Shown here piece after piece: positions 61,778-64,000 of a DNA stretch of 64,000 nucleotides. The DNA lies in the NCBI GenBank assembly GCA_013265495.1, contig MU058384.1, positions 2,951,010-3,015,009 on the forward strand. The letters are read 5' to 3'. The notes under the pieces are model-generated. The model had not been told where the DNA came from and searched no databases. It was given only the letters and a program-made list of their open reading frames with translations. The position numbers and the translations under genes are program-made. Source of the DNA: Vicugna vicugna (Eukaryota). Numbering within the stretch: the stretch's first letter is position 1; every line of letters begins with the position of its first letter.

Positions 61778-63198
61778 CTGTGCCTTGTGACTCTACAGGA
61801 GAATGTCATCGGGGCAGTATACAGCTATGCCTGCAGACCATGATTATATTGAAGGCTGATTAAAAAAAATGAGGTAGGAATGATTTGGACAGGTACACAA
61901 AGACACTGTTAGGCAGTTGTTAGTGGTTGTGTGGTAATCATTCCTGATTTGTTTTGTTTTGTTTTGTTTAGAGCCTACGAATCCCTTCAAATGTGTAAAA
62001 TTCTTATGCTGAATTATTAAAAAAAAAAAAACAGGTTACCTCTGTAATATTCTTAAAAAAAGGGCAGGGGAGATTCTGAGCACAATTACAAGTTACACAA
62101 GGCAGATGATAAGAGTTGGAAATGACCAAGAAGTCTGTTAAGTAGAAAAACTCCCGTTTAAGTCCTAACCTTCCCATTGTGCCAGGTCTGAGGCATCCCC
62201 AGAAATAGCAGCGGGTCCTGGAAGCCACCGTCACAGGCTAAGTAGGACGTGCAAGCGGGAGGAAGCAGGGATGAGGTGGCCGGCTGTGCCTCATCCCTTT
62301 TGGATACCCTTACGCACACAGGAAGTAACGGCCAGGACCGCCATCCTTTAGGACAAAGGATGATGATGTGAAAAGCATCTAAAATATAAAGGATCTCAAA
62401 TAATCATCCCTAAGTCATGTAAACTGCCCATCTAATGGAAAATTCGATTTACTATTTGAGCTCCAACATTTCATCATCTCATTTCCTTGCTGTATATCCC
62501 CTTCTGTCCTGTGAGAGTGAGGCACACTTTCTCTTCCCACCCAGTACCCCCCTACCCTCCGTCATTAGGACCCCAAGATCGGCCTGATGGTCCTTCCCTC
62601 AGGGACACAGCAGCAGGTTTTTTAGGGCCTCTTTTTGACATGGCTTAACAAAATTTTGGACCGGCCCTAAATCTAGCTTAAACAGAGAAAGGGAAGGTCT
62701 TTGAAAAGAGTTATTTTTGTTTGGTTTCCTTTTTTCCAAAAACAGAACACATCAAGGCAGGCTAAACAATGGACTTAAATGTCCCTTTGAGATCATGTTC
62801 ATTCTGATTATATCAAAAGTGCCTGCTTAAGCCCTCCCTTTGATGCTGGTGTTTGCACATGTAATATCTTTCAGTTTTGAGTATTCTTGAGCTATTCTTA
62901 TCCATAATTTCATCAACCATTTTTTAACTTACATTTCCCTTATGTTTTGGAACATCGTTCATTAAACATTAAGTAAGTTTATAATAAATTAAAGGTTTTG
63001 AGGCTTTCTTTATAAGTTCACTGTTTTAATTGCTTTTTCTTTATATGCATCTTTTTAGAATTTTTGGAGTATTGTTACAAAAATTACTTCTGAAAGATAT
63101 AGTATCCAAGGCAGTAGCACCTAATACATTTCAGTATCTGAATCAATGTAAAGTAATTTTCTGGATTATTTCCCTCTTGCTCCTTTGAGAACTGACTG

Positions 63199-63275
63199 CA
63201 GGTAGTCCTTGCTCTGCACGTGCCCTGTTAGCTGAAACGCCTTTGTATCAGAACCATGCAAAGCGAGGACTGCTG
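63199..63275 (+). mobile_element. 77-bp Tigger6-type MITE
   Basis: TIRs caggtagtccttgctctgcacg / catgcaaagcgaggactgctg, flanked TG...TA; match the ends of the 31412-32554 element. Confidence 0.78.
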
Positions 63276-63345
63276 TATGCCTTTATTTTTTTAACCTTGT
63301 CAGGATTCAACCATCATTTTTAGAAGACTAGAATACCTTTGTATT

Positions 63346-63893
63346 CTTTTTTTGGTATATATATATTTTTCTTTTAAAAATTGAAGTATAGTCAGTTTAC
63401 AATGTTGTGTCAATTTTGGGTGTACAGCATAAAGCTTCAGTCATATGTAAACATACATATATTCATTTTCATATTCTTTCTCACCATAGTTACCACAAGA
63501 AATTGAATATGATTCCCTGTGCTATATAATATGAACTTACTGTTTATCTATTTTATATATATTAGCTAGTATCTGCAAGTCTCGAACTCCCAGTTTATCC
63601 CTTCCCACCCCCTTTCCCCCAGGTAACCGTAAGTTTGTTTTCTATGTCTGTGAGTCTGTTTCTGTTTTGTAAATAAGTTCAACTGTCTTTTTTTTTCTTT
63701 AAGGATTCTACATATAAGTGATACCATATGGTATTTTTCTTTCTCTTTCTGGCTTACTTCACTTAGAGTAACATTCTCCAGGTCCTTCCATGTTCTTGCA
63801 AATGACATTATTTTATTCATTTTTATGGCTGAGTAGTATTCCATTGTATAAATATACCACAACTTCTTTATCCAGTCATCTGTCAATGGACAT
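63346..63893 (-). mobile_element. Relatively young L1 3' end (ORF2 C-terminus + 3'UTR)
   Basis: Peptide DDWIKKLWYIYTMEYYSAIK...LSEVSQKEKEKYHM; perfect 17-bp TSD tagaatacctttgtatt at 63329-63345 and 63894-63910. Confidence 0.95.
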
Positions 63894-64000
63894 TAGAATA
63901 CCTTTGTATTTTGATAGTGGGTGCATTTTCCTCTAAAATTATTAAGAAGTTATTTAGATTGCCTTTAACAGATATCTATTTCCTCCATTAATTCAGCCTC

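Noticed and set aside
62267..62301. 10-bp stem hairpin followed by TTTT (terminator-like)
   Set aside because: Intrinsic terminators are irrelevant in mammalian DNA; stem too short for a pre-miRNA and plausible by chance
63566..63886. 106-aa ORF as a host gene
   Set aside because: It is the L1 ORF2 C-terminus within a TSD-flanked insertion; likewise ORFs at 11275-12367 and 23063-24453
1..64000. Prokaryote-style systems (CRISPR, operons, defence islands)
   Set aside because: Sequence is CpG-depleted mammalian DNA full of LINE/SINE/LTR relics; no repeat-spacer arrays or dense coding

Overview
Mammalian non-coding genomic DNA, most likely camelid (alpaca/camel). The evidence is two tRNA-Ala-derived SINEs of the vic-1 type and cetartiodactyl-style L1 3' ends. 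I recognised no protein-coding gene, RNA gene, CRISPR array or prokaryotic system; the ORF track is explained by chance ORFs, L1 ORF2 remnants and microsatellites. A large share of the window is transposon relics: L1, L2, MIR, MaLR/ERV1/ERVL solo LTRs, and Tigger and hAT DNA elements, several with readable target-site duplications (TSDs) and multi-layer nesting. The best-supported unusual structures are a twin-primed, 5'-inverted L1 with an intact 15-bp TSD (10886-12366), a Russian-doll cluster of MER34-like LTRs (13740-15567), a four-element Tigger4/MaLR/L1 nest (22040-24574) and a 77-bp Tigger6-type mini-MITE (63199-63275). Unique sequence holds several TF-motif clusters (AP-1/ETS/kB etc.), a CpG-enriched promoter-like patch (34621-34969) and several exon-like units with strong splice signals. 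Those units could belong to unannotated, probably non-coding transcripts, but they are hypotheses only. Repeat subfamily names come from recalled consensus sequences, not a database search. Repeat boundaries without TSDs are approximate.
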